NCBI GenBank assembly: GCA_038087875.1
Contig: JAXLNO010000481.1
Coordinates: 55,556 to 75,555, forward strand
Source of the DNA: Malacoraja senta
Lineage: Eukaryota
Direction: 5' to 3'
DNA: 20,000 bases
Every line of letters starts with the position of its first letter. The first letter of the stretch is position 1. The notes under the pieces were generated by a model, which saw only the letters and a program-made list of their open reading frames with translations, was not told the origin of the DNA and did not search any database. This document shows positions 10,212 through 19,590 of this stretch, piece by piece. The translations under genes were made by a program, and so were the position numbers.

Positions 10212-10385
10212 AGACACAAAGTGCTGGAGTAACTCAGTGGGTAGGCAGCATTTCTACAGTGGTTTCCTCAACCATCCTCAATCCAAGGTTGAAGTCTGAA
10301 GAAGGCCCTCAACCTGAAACGTCACCTATTCCTTTTTTCCAGAGATGCTGCTTGACCCGCTGAGTTACTCCAGCATTTTGTGTCT
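10212..10385. mobile_element. Penelope-like terminal-repeat derivative with inverted arms and a minimal hammerhead core
   Basis: 10212-10255 is an inverted copy of 10341-10385. Core CTGAAGA-agg..cct-GAAAC-GTC at 10296-10323. Confidence 0.7.
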
Positions 10386-10494
10386 ATGAATCCAAGGGGG
10401 ATTATTGTCCACTGTTGAACAAACTACTGCCCTCTCCAAAAGCTGGCTGCGGGGTTAATGAGGACAAGCGATAACGTATGAGGGGGCTTGGTAC

Positions 10495-10590
10495 CTGAGG
10501 ATGTGTCTCCCACTGGGACAGAAGACAGTTCCTGGGTGGATTCTCCAGTGGATGATCCCTGGGTCTGTTTCCCTGTAGACATCTGGTGAT
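10495..10590 (-). CDS. Candidate 96-nt internal coding exon (phase 1-1)
   Basis: Acceptor cccgtttctctgttccattattccag|AT, donor CAG|gtacca. Encodes (D)HQMSTGKQTQGSSTGESTQELSSVPVGDTSS. Confidence 0.62.
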
Positions 10591-10779
10591 CTGGAATAAT
10601 GGAACAGAGAAACGGGAGTGTGGCAACACCACAACAGGTCATCAGGCTGGAAAAAGAGGTTGGGAACTAAAGGACTGGAAGTATCATCCCTCTCTTCACT
10701 CACTCTCCTTCCGAAACATGTCTCAATCCACGTGACTCCCCCACTCTGAGTTGGGGTGAATTTCAACGACTGACCACAG

Positions 10780-11100
10780 AACCATAGATCATGGAGCACG
10801 TAAACGGACCCTGGTGCCCAACGTCCATCTCGACGCATCTAAACGTCTCCCATTTGCCCCTCTTTAGCCCATATCTGTCTAAATCTTTCCTATCCATGTA
10901 CCTGTTCATGTGGTTTATATATGTTGTTATTGTACCTGCCTCAAGTACCATACTCAATAACTTGACACTGTACTAAAAGCCCTGTTGACCACCTTATCTA
11001 CCTGTGACACCACTTTCAGAGTACTATGTACCTGGACCCCCAGATCACACTGGTCTATATCACTTCCCAGGCCCCTACGAGTCACTGTGAAGCCCCCTCC
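10780..11100 (-). mobile_element. Old CR1 3' fragment with internal deletion
   Basis: Minus strand reads EAGTITTY..HMNRYMDRKDLDRYG, the CR1 ORF2 C-terminus, followed by 3' UTR. Confidence 0.65.
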
Positions 11101-11103
11101 CTC

Positions 11104-11400
11104 GCTTTGAGTTCATCTTTCTCTACCTTTTACCCACTTGTTCTTTGTATATTTTCATATCTCTTGTTCCCCCCTCCTCTGACTCTCAGTCTGAAGAAGG
11201 GTCTCGACCTGACCCTCATCTATTCCTTTTCTCCAGAGATGCTGTCTGATGTGCTGGGGTCTCGACCTGAACCCTCATCTATTCCTTTTCTCCAGAGATG
11301 GTGTCTGATGTGCTGGGGTCTCGACCTGAACCCTCATCTATTCCTTTTCTCCAGAGATGCTGTCTGATGCGTTGTTACTCCAGCTTTTTTTGTCTATCTT
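11104..11400 (+). mobile_element. Penelope-like terminal-repeat fragment containing a ~59-bp tandem triplication
   Basis: CTGAAGAAGGGTCTCGACC at 11191. Repeat units start at 11199, 11257 and 11316 (periods 58 and 59). Ends GTTACTCCAGC..TGTCT like 10364-10385. Confidence 0.7.
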
Positions 11401-11419
11401 CCATAATTTTTCAGACAGT

Positions 11420-11900
11420 TATTAATCAGAATAGGTCTGGCTCTTGGGGGAAGGTATTAAATGTGGGTAAGGCACATTACAGCATTATTAGGCAGGACAA
11501 GGGAGAGTAATCTGGGAGCAGCTGGTTTGGGTAAGTCCACATCTAACGTATAGGTGTTCTGCAGGGATATTTGTTGGGACCTCTTATTGTTTGTGGTATA
11601 AAGTGAGGTGCACTTTGGGAGCTCAAATATAAGGGGAAATTATGCAGTTAATGGCAAGAAGAGCATTGATGTCCAGAGGGTCTTGAGGTCCAAATCCATA
11701 ACAACATTAGAGTGGCAAGACAAGTAGATACAGTGATAAAGAAGGCATACGGGATGCTTGCCTTCATTGGTTTGGGCATTGACTACAAGGGTCAGGAATT
11801 TATGTTGCAGTTATATAGGACTGTGGTTAGGCTGCATTTGGAGTGTTGTTTGTCATTCTGGTCACCCCAGGATGTGGTGGCTATGGACAGGTTCCACCAA
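11420..11900 (+). mobile_element. Old degenerate CR1 ORF2 fragment
   Basis: VIKKAYGMLAFIGLGIDYKGQEFMLQLYRTVVRLHLECC.SFWSP. Confidence 0.8.
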
Positions 11901-11904
11901 TACC

Positions 11905-12027
11905 CCTGGGAGCCGCTCCAGGCACCCTCTAGTCTCTGTGTCAAATACAATCTTGACCCCACATCTCGCTTCAACTTTGCTCCTTTCACATTGAAACTAT
12001 GCTCCCTCAGCTTTGATATTTCCACCT
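11905..12027 (-). mobile_element. Old CR1 C-terminal fragment
   Basis: Minus-strand [21 protein letters not shown]...TQRLEGAW resembles the CR1 SRTRGHSL...TQRVV..WN segment. Confidence 0.6.
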
Positions 12028-14471
12028 CATAGCATCCTCCTCACAGTTCACACTGCCACCCAGCTTTGTGTCATCTGCAAATTTGCTAATGTTACTTTGA
12101 ATCCCTTCATCCAAATCATTGATGTATATTGTAAATAGCTACGGTCCCAGCACAGAGCCTTGCGGTACCCCACTAGTCACTGCCTGCCATTCTGCCAACA
12201 AATTCCTACTCTTTGTTTCCTGTCTGCCAACCACTTCTTTATCCATGTCAGCACTCTACCCCCAATACCATGTGCCCTAATTTTGCCCACTAATCTCCTA
12301 TGTGGGACCTGATCAAATGCTTTCTGAAAGTCCAGGTACACTACATCCACTGGCTCTCCCTTGTCCATTTTCCTTGTTACACCTTCAAAAAATTCCAGAA
12401 GATTAGTCAAGCATGATTTCCCCTTCGTAAATCCATGCTGACTTGGGCCGATCCTGTTACTGCTATCCAAATGTGCGGCTATCTCATCTTTTATAATTGA
12501 CTCCAGCATCTTCCCCACCACCGATGTCAGGCTAACTGGTCTATAATTCCCCATTTTCTCTCTCCCTCCCTTCTTAAAAAGTGGGATAACATTAGTTATC
12601 CTCCAATCCACAGGAACTGATCCTGAGTCCATAGAACATTGGAAAATTATCACCAATGCATCCACAATTTCTAGAGCCACTTCCTTAAGTACCCCGGGAT
12701 GCAGACCATCAGGCCCTGAGGATTTATCAGCCTTCAGTCCCATCAGTCTATCCAACACCATTTCCTGCCTAATGTGGATTTCCTTCAGTTCCTCCATCAC
12801 CCCAGATCCTTTGGCCACTACTATATCAGGAAGATTGTTTGTGTCCTCCTTAGTGAACACGGATCCAAAGTACCTGTTCAACTCATTTGCCATTTCCTTG
12901 TTCCCCATAATAAATTCACCTGTTTCGGTCTTCAAGGGTCAAACTTTGGTCTTAACTAATTTTTTCCTCTTCACATGCCTAAAGAAGCTTTTACTACCCT
13001 GCTTTATAATCTTGGCTAGCTTGCCTTCGTACCTCATCTTTTCTCCCCGTATTGTCTTTTTGGTTATCTTCTGTTGTTCTTTAAACATTACCCAATCCTC
13101 TTGCTTCCCGCTCATCTTTGCTACGTTGTACTTCTTCGCTTTAATTGTTATACTGTCCCTGACGTCCCTTGTCACCCATGGTCGTCCCTTTCTCCCCTTG
13201 GAATCTTTCTTCCTCCTAGGAATGAACTGATCCTGCACCTTCTGTATTATTCCTATAAACACCTGCCATTTTTGTTCCACTGTCAGTCAACTTTGGACAG
13301 CTCCTCCCTCATGGCCCCATAGTCCCCTTTATTCAACTGCAACACTGACACCTCCGATCTACCCTTCTCCCTCTCCAATTGTAGATTAAACCTGACCATA
13401 TTATGGTCACTGCCTCCTAATGGCCCATTAATCTCGAAGTCCTTTATCAAATCCAGTTCATTACATAACACTAAATCCAGAATTGCCTTCTCCCTGGTAG
13501 GCTCCAATACAAACTGTTCTAAGAATCCATCACGAAGGCACTCTACAAAGTCCCTTTCTTGGGTCCAGTACCATCCTGATTTTCCCAGTCTACCTGCATG
13601 TTGAAATCTCCCATAACAACCACAGCATTACTTTTGCTACATGCCAATTTTAACTCTTGATTCAACTTGTACCCTATGTCCAGGCTACTGTTTGGGGGCC
13701 TGTAGATTAGTCCCATTAGGGTCGTTTACCCTTACAATTCCTTAGTTCTATCCATACTGACCACATCTCCTGTTTCAATGTTACCCCTTGCAAGGGACTG
13801 AATTTTATTCCTCACCAACAGGGCAACCCCACCCCCTCTGCCCACCTGTCAGTCTTTTCGATAGGAGGTATACCTATTTCGATAGGAGGTATATCGCTAT
13901 ATTTAAGAGGGAGTTAGATGTGGCCCTTGTGGCTAAAGGGATCAGGTGGTATGGAGAGAAGGCAGGTACAGGATACTGAGTTGGATGATCAGCCATGATC
14001 ATATTGAATGGCGGTGCAGGCTCGAAGGGCCGAATGGCCTATTCCTGCACCTATTTTCTATGTATCTATGTATCCATGTACCCTTGAATGTTCAGTTCCC
14101 AGCCCTGGCCCTCTTGCAGCCATGTCTCAGTAATTCCCACAACATCATACTTGCCAGTTTCTAACTGAGCCTCAAGCTCATCCACTTTATTCCTTATACT
14201 TCACGCATTCATATACAGCACTTTGACCTCTGTATTCACCTCCCCCCTCGCAATTGGCCCTGACCTTACTCCGTTGTCCCTTCTCGAGCTTTCCTTCCCA
14301 TTAATTCAAGAATCTTTTGTAATTTTTCCTGTAGTCACTTCCCCTTCAACTCCATCTTTATACTCCCAATTTGTCAATCCCTCCCCCCACTATTTAGTTT
14401 AAACCCACACGTGTAGCCCTAGCAAACCTGCCTGCCAGAACGTCGGTCCCCCTCCAGTTAAGGTGTAACCC
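12028..14471 (-). mobile_element. Second CR1 subfamily copy (ORF1 end, endonuclease, most of RT), 3' end missing, disrupted
   Basis: ORF1 SGNH-esterase-type C-terminus GLHLNWRGTDVLAGRFARATRVGLN* (~14471-14394). EN and RT motifs run to FADDTKL. Stop at 12939-12941, deletions near 13285 and 12200, and a nested insertion. Confidence 0.92.
13896..14080 (+). mobile_element. Short 5'-truncated young CR1 nested in the second CR1
   Basis: Nearly identical to the 3' end of the 2145-5409 element (AIFKRELDVALVAKGIR.YGEKAGTGY*, UTR, CTATGTAT tail). The host frame (..WELNIQGY|TSYRKD) resumes on both sides. Confidence 0.92.
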
Positions 14472-14837
14472 CTTTCTTCAGATTGATGTCGGGGGGGGGG
14501 GGGGGACATGAAAAAGAAAGGAAGAGGCGGAGACAGTAGGCTGTGGGAGAGCTGGGAATGTGAGGGGAAGAAGGGAGAAAGAAAGGACTACCTGAAATTA
14601 GAGAAGCCAATGTTTATACCGCTGGGGTGTAAACTACCCAAGCAAATATGAGGTGTTGCTCCTCCAATATGCGGTGGGCCTCACTCTGGCCATGGAGGCG
14701 GCCAGGACAGAAAGGTTGGATTCAGAATGGGAGGGGGAGTTGAAGTGTTGAGCCACCGGGAGATCAGGTTGGTTATTACGAACTGAGTGAAGGTGTTGTG
14801 CGAAGCGATCGCCAAGCCTGCGCTTGGTCTCACCGAG
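14472..14837 (-). mobile_element. Penelope-like element fragment (GIY-YIG endonuclease C-terminal half and 3' repeat)
   Basis: GETKRRLGDRFAQHLHSVRNNQPDLPVAQHFNSPSH, followed by a pyrimidine-rich 3' region and a CTGAAGA motif truncated at the CR1 junction. Confidence 0.85.
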
Positions 14838-15210
14838 GTTGATCATATGCTGAATAATCCAACCACATTTTTGTTTGGAAGTGGAAAGAAATAATAGAAA
14901 TTGCATTCATTGCAACGTGTAAAAAGAGTTGAGATACTGTATTATAATTTTGCTGCATGTCATTGTGGTATATATCATGTCTTGATTGGTGAATATGTTT
15001 AGTTTGTGACTTTATTTGAAGCAGAAATAATATGTGAATGCTTCATTGAGCATAATTCCGACTGGTAACTACGCACTTCGTCTGAGCACATTATCGCACG
15101 CGTCATGCAAGCCGTCTTAAATGACCACCTAAACTATCATTTGGCAACTTAAAAAGCTGCCAGGGTTGCCCGGCTGACAACAGAGAAAATAAAATTAAGT
15201 GAGAGCCCTG
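14838..15210. mobile_element. Possible hAT-like DNA transposon end fragment
   Basis: Terminates in GAGAGCCCTG (reverse complement CAGGGCTCTC, hAT-like). No partner TIR or TSD found. Confidence 0.35.
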
Positions 15211-15281
15211 CAAGGTGTATAATATTGTTGACACTGTCATAGGCCTTTCTTACATATGCTGTCACAATGCACTGTAGTCTC

Positions 15282-15728
15282 TAGATTAGATTAGATTAGA
15301 TTCAACTTTATTGTCATTGCACATAGTACAAGTACAGTACAACGAAATGCAGTTTAGCATCTAACCAGGGTGCAAAGTATTAAAGGGCAGATGAAGACAA
15401 TATATACAGATGAGGATATATTGGTGTATGTACATAGGCATATACATATTTACAGATAGTTGTTAAGCTGCAAATGATTGACATGTGCTATATTCTAGTG
15501 AATAAGAGCTTAACTATAAATTATATATACTATAAATAATACTGATGAGAAGGGGGGGGGGCTAGAGCCGGGCCTGTGAGTTCAGCAGGGTAATGGTGTT
15601 GGGGAAGGAGCTGTTCCTTATCCTGCTGGTGCGAGACCTGAGGCTCCTGTACCGTCTCCCTGATGGGAGGAGGGCAAACAGTCCATGGTTGGGGTGTGAG
15701 GGGTCCTTAATGATTTTGCCAGCCCGTC
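15282..15728 (-). mobile_element. Rex1/Babar-type LINE 3' end
   Basis: Minus strand reads RRAGKIIKDPSHPNHGLFALLPSGRRYRSLRSRTSRIRNSSFP, then 3' UTR with AATAAA and a (TCTAA)n tail at 15282-15301. Confidence 0.85.
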
Positions 15729-15734
15729 TCTAAA

Positions 15735-17302
15735 CAACACTTCAATCATTTTCCTGCCCTTGCCCTTGCCCTAAGTAGAGCTAATAGGACTTGATGTTTC
15801 AATCCCTGTAATAAGTCAGCACTCTTGCTATTTGCAGTGGGATTGGAGTAGTGAAAGGTCGGGTAGGTACGTCATCGGGGTCATCAGGTGGGCACCCTCC
15901 TTCTTTGATGTTTCATTGATAAGCCCACAACATCTCCAGAGGGCTCAACGGTGGTACCAGGCGTCCCAGTTACACCCCCCTCAATTCCATACCCTCCTGT
16001 CTTCATCTTGCAGCCCAATTGTTGTCTCTCCTTTTGATCCAAATCCAATTGCTGCTTTTTTTGCAGAATTTGATAATGATTTGATTGCTTGTTGGAGGGA
16101 GCGACCCCTCACCCCCATTTTCTTTAATAGCCTGGTCATAGATGTAGCAACAAATCCCCTGCATCCCACTTCGACAGGGAAAATCTTGGTCTTCCAGCCA
16201 TTCTGGGAAGCTTCAGTTGCCAGTTCAGAGTACTAGGTCTTTTTCCTCTCATAAGCTTCTTCAACACCATCTTCCCATGGAACTGTCAATTCCACAACGT
16301 ATGTCAACTTGGCTGTTGTGGACCAAAGGACCATGTCTGGCCGAAGTGTTGTAGCCACAATGTCTGGGGGAAACACAAGCCTTTTTTCTAAGTCCACTTC
16401 CATTTTCCAATCCCAAGCAGGCTGCAGAATGCTTGCATCCATTGATGTTATCTGGTGCTCTGGAGGTTGGCCTGCTGGTACAAATGTTGTGAAGTGGACA
16501 TTTCCTGCCGATGTTGGTGGGGAAGCATTTGTGATCGTTCGCCTCTGTTCAAGGATTGATGACAGCTGTTTGAGAACTTGGTTATGCCGCCAAGTGTAAC
16601 GCCCTTGGCCAAGGCTCATAGTGCATCCTGTTAAACTGTGCCTTAGTGATGCAGGTGCTTGGCAAAGGGAGCAAGTGGGGTCTTCTCTGATCCACTGCTT
16701 CAGGTTCTGGGGTGAGGGTAGAACATAAGTGGCTCTGATGACAAAACTGAGCCGAGATCCTTCCATTTGCCAGATGTCATGCCAGCTGAGTTTCCTCTTT
16801 TCCAGGCTCTTCCAGTTAGTCCATTGGCCCTGCTTGGCCATTGAGATGGCCTTGGCGTGTCGCTCTGCCTCCTCCTGTCTTCTCACCTCCTCCACCACAA
16901 GCCGTCTCTTCTGCACTGATGTTGCCTTGTGCCATTGAGGAGCTTTTGGGACGAGCCCGAGCCCGGCTCTCCCGTGTTGGTCTTGACCAATCACATCCCG
17001 GAAATGAAGAGCAGACTTAGCACTCTGAACGGCTTCAGATGGGGCCCACTTCCTCCCCGTTGCCACACTAGGGGCCGCTGTTCGAATAACAGTATCTTCA
17101 GATTCAGTGAGGGTCATGACCAACCTTGCTTTAGTGCATTTGAACTCTTCCACAAGTCCTGCAATGGGTAATTCCAATTTGCCACTCCCGTACACTCCGA
17201 CAGCACTTAAGCATCGTGGAAGTCCAAGCCACTGTTTCACATGTGTGCTGAGCATTCTTTCCAGCTTTTCCACTTTGTTGATGGGGATTTCATACATAGT
17301 TT
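15735..17302 (-). mobile_element. 5'-truncated non-LTR retrotransposon with restriction-like endonuclease (HERO-like, R2 group)
   Basis: Post-RT region KQWLGLPRCLS, CCHC knuckle CSLC...RHSLTGC, RHNQVL, and REL motif RPDMVLW...VELTVPWE...ERKKT*Y...PVEVGCRGF. Premature stop at 16233-16235, -1 frameshift near 16062, inferred natural stop 16003-16005. The 3' boundary is approximate. Confidence 0.85.
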
Positions 17303-17509
17303 TAAGCCGATAACTTGACACTAGCACTGGCAATAAATAAATAAATAAATAAAGTGCAGCTTTCCAGCCCCTTATCTCATTGGCCAAGCTCGGCTGCAAA
17401 TCGGTGTCAATCTGGTGGACCATCTTCCTCTAGTCGTGGGGGTGGGGGATTGGGAGGGGCCTCACAAGTGGAACGGCCTAGGGCCTATCTTCATCTAAAT
17501 CCGGCCCTG
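17303..17509. mobile_element. Probable hAT-like/MITE end fragment with (AAAT)n microsatellite
   Basis: Ends AAATCCGGCCCTG (reverse complement CAGGGCCGGATTT, a common hAT-type terminus). (AAAT)5 at ~17332-17353. No partner end seen. Confidence 0.45.
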
Positions 17510-17593
17510 TCCACCCCACTAACCACTTAAACTCCCTTGCCCATTAAACCCATTTGGAGACACAAGGAACTGCAGGAGCTGCTTTACAAAGAA

Positions 17594-17767
17594 AGACACA
17601 AAGTGTTGGAGTAACTCAGCGGGTAGGCAGCATTTCTACAGTGGTTTCCTCAACCATCCTCAATCCAAGGGTGAAGTCTGAAGAAGGTCCTTAACCTGAA
17701 ACGTCACCTATTCCTTTTTTCCAGAGATGCTGCCTGATTCGCTGAGTTACTCCAGCATTTTGTGTCT
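17594..17767. mobile_element. Penelope-like inverted-arm element with hammerhead core (duplicate of 10212-10385)
   Basis: Core CTGAAGA-aggt..acct-GAAAC-GTC at 17678-17705, flanked by inverted arms. Confidence 0.7.
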
Positions 17768-17876
17768 ATGAATCCAAGGGGGATTATTGTCCACTGTTGA
17801 ACAAACTACTGCCCTCTCCAAAAGCTGGCTGCAGCGTTAATGAGGACAAGCGATAACGTGTGATGGGGCTTGGTAC

Positions 17877-17972
17877 CTGAGGATGTGTCTCCCACTGGGA
17901 CAGAAGACGGTTCCTGGGTGGATTCTCCAGTCGATGATCCCTGGGTCTGTTTCCCTGTAGACATCTGGTGAT
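17877..17972 (-). CDS. Candidate 96-nt internal coding exon (phase 1-1), paralog of 10495-10590
   Basis: Same splice signals. Encodes (D)HQMSTGKQTQGSSTGESTQEPSSVPVGDTSS. Two substitutions vs the other copy (one synonymous, one L/P). Confidence 0.62.
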
Positions 17973-18164
17973 CTGGAATAATGGAACAGAGAAACGGGAG
18001 TGTGGCAACACCACAACAGGTCATCAGGCTGGAAAAAGAGGTTGGGAACTAAAGGACTGGAAGCATCATCCAGTCTCTCTTCACCCACTCTCCTTCCGAA
18101 ACATGTCTCACTCCACGTGACTCCCCCACTCTGAGTTGGGGTGAATTTCAACGACTGACCACAG

Positions 18165-18855
18165 GACCATAGATCATGGAGCACGTAAACAGACCCTGGT
18201 GCCCAACTTGTCCATCTCGACGCATCTAAACATATCCCATTTGCCCCTCTTTAGCCCATATCTGTCTAAATCTTTCCAATCCATGTACCTGTTCATGTGG
18301 TTTATAAATGTTGTTATTGTACCTGCCTCAAGTACCATCTCTAACAGCTCATTCCATTACCCACCCATACTCTGATGGCAGTTTTCTGGCTAAAAGACTC
18401 TGAGCATTGAACGTATCACTCCCTATCATGATTAAACACATCTCAATAAGAACACCCATTAACCTGCGTTGTAAACAATAGTCATAGCTTGCCCAATCGA
18501 TTCCCTGTAGCTCAGGCCCTCGAGTCCTGGCAACACCCCTGTCAATTCTCTCCACACTCTTTCCAGCTTTAGTGATGTCCTTCCTAGAACAAGGTGACCA
18601 AAACTAGATATGATGCTCCAAGTGTGGCCTCACCAACATCTTGTACAACTTTAAAGGAATATCTAAATGTTTATACTCAATAACATGACTGATGAAGGTC
18701 ACTGTACTAAAAGCCCTGTTGCCCACCCTATCTACCTGTGACACCACTTTCAGAGTACTATGTACCTACACCCCCAGATCACACTGGTCTATGACACTTC
18801 CCAAGCCCCTACCAGTCACTGTGAAGCCCCCTCCCTCATTTGATTTCCCAAAACA
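18165..18855 (-). mobile_element. Old CR1 3' fragment
   Basis: Degenerate LVRPHLE...ERIDRG...LQRRLMGVLIE...EAGTITTF and CR1 3' UTR on the minus strand. Confidence 0.7.
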
Positions 18856-18859
18856 ACAT

Positions 18860-19590
18860 TGATGGAGGTGAGGAAGGCTGTTAAAGTATACAGCAGGATA
18901 TAGATTAGCTACAGAAATATGCGCAGAAAGCACAAATGTATTTTAATCTGAGCATGTGTGAGGTTTCTGCACTTTGGGAGGTCAAATATAAGGGGTAAAT
19001 ATAACATTAATGTCAATAAGAGCATAGATATAGAGGTTCTAAGTCAGTAACAACCTTAACTTGGCAACACAGAAGATGCATTGACAAAGGAGGCATATGG
19101 TATGTTTGCCTTCATCGCTTGGGGCAGCGAGTATAAGAGTCAGGATGTTATGTTGCAGTTATATAGAGCTTTGATGAGGCTGCATTTGGAGTATTGTTTA
19201 CCATTCTTGGAAGGATATGGAGGCTACTGAGAGGACACAGACGGGCTTTACCAGAATGCTGCCTGGATTAGAGCATGTACGCTATGAGGAGAGGTTGGAG
19301 AAATCTGGTTTTCTCTGGGTCGTTGAGGGCGAGTGTAGACCAGATGGAAGTAAATACAATTATGAGGCATTGACAGAGTAGCCGTTCAGATTGGTTTCCC
19401 CACGATGGAAATGTCAAAGACAAGAGAGAATGGTTTTAACGTGGGAGGAGCAAAGTTTAAAGGAGATCAAGCTGCCAGAGGAGGTAGTTGAGGCTGGGAC
19501 TATCCCAACATTTAAGAAACAGTTAGACAGGTATATGGTTAGGACAGGTTTAGAGGGCTATGGGCCAAAAGCTGCAGGTGGGACAAGTGA
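18860..19590 (+). mobile_element. Old CR1 ORF2 3' fragments
   Basis: AYGMFAFIAWGSEYKSQDVMLQLYRALMRLHLEYC, FTRMLPGLE, LPEEVVEAGTIPTFKKQLDRYM. Confidence 0.8.

Larger units (their letters stand above)
10129..11103. repeat. Local segmental duplication, copy A (copy B at 17511-18837)
   Basis: Near-identical direct repeat 7382 bp apart. Copy A lacks ~335 bp that is present in B (~18339-18673). Confidence 0.95.
17511..18837. repeat. Local segmental duplication, copy B
   Basis: Matches 10129-11103, including the Penelope-derived inverted repeat, the candidate exon and the old CR1 fragment. Confidence 0.95.

Noticed and set aside
10402..10838. Overlapping 72-127 aa minus-strand ORFs (and copies at 17784-18184) as single-exon genes
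   Set aside because: Only the 96-nt splice-bounded segment is homologous to the 8907-8999 unit. The rest differs by indels between copies or runs into repeats.
11199..11369. CRISPR-like array
   Set aside because: The units are head-to-tail with no unique spacers and derive from a Penelope-like repeat.
14491..14505. G15 run as a functional G-quadruplex
   Set aside because: A homopolymer within the Penelope-like 3' region with no evidence of function.
17303..17423. N-terminal 40 aa of the 396-aa ORF as a novel fusion or signal peptide
   Set aside because: Chance read-through from flanking DNA. The hydrophobic LYLFIYLL comes from an (ATTT)n microsatellite.
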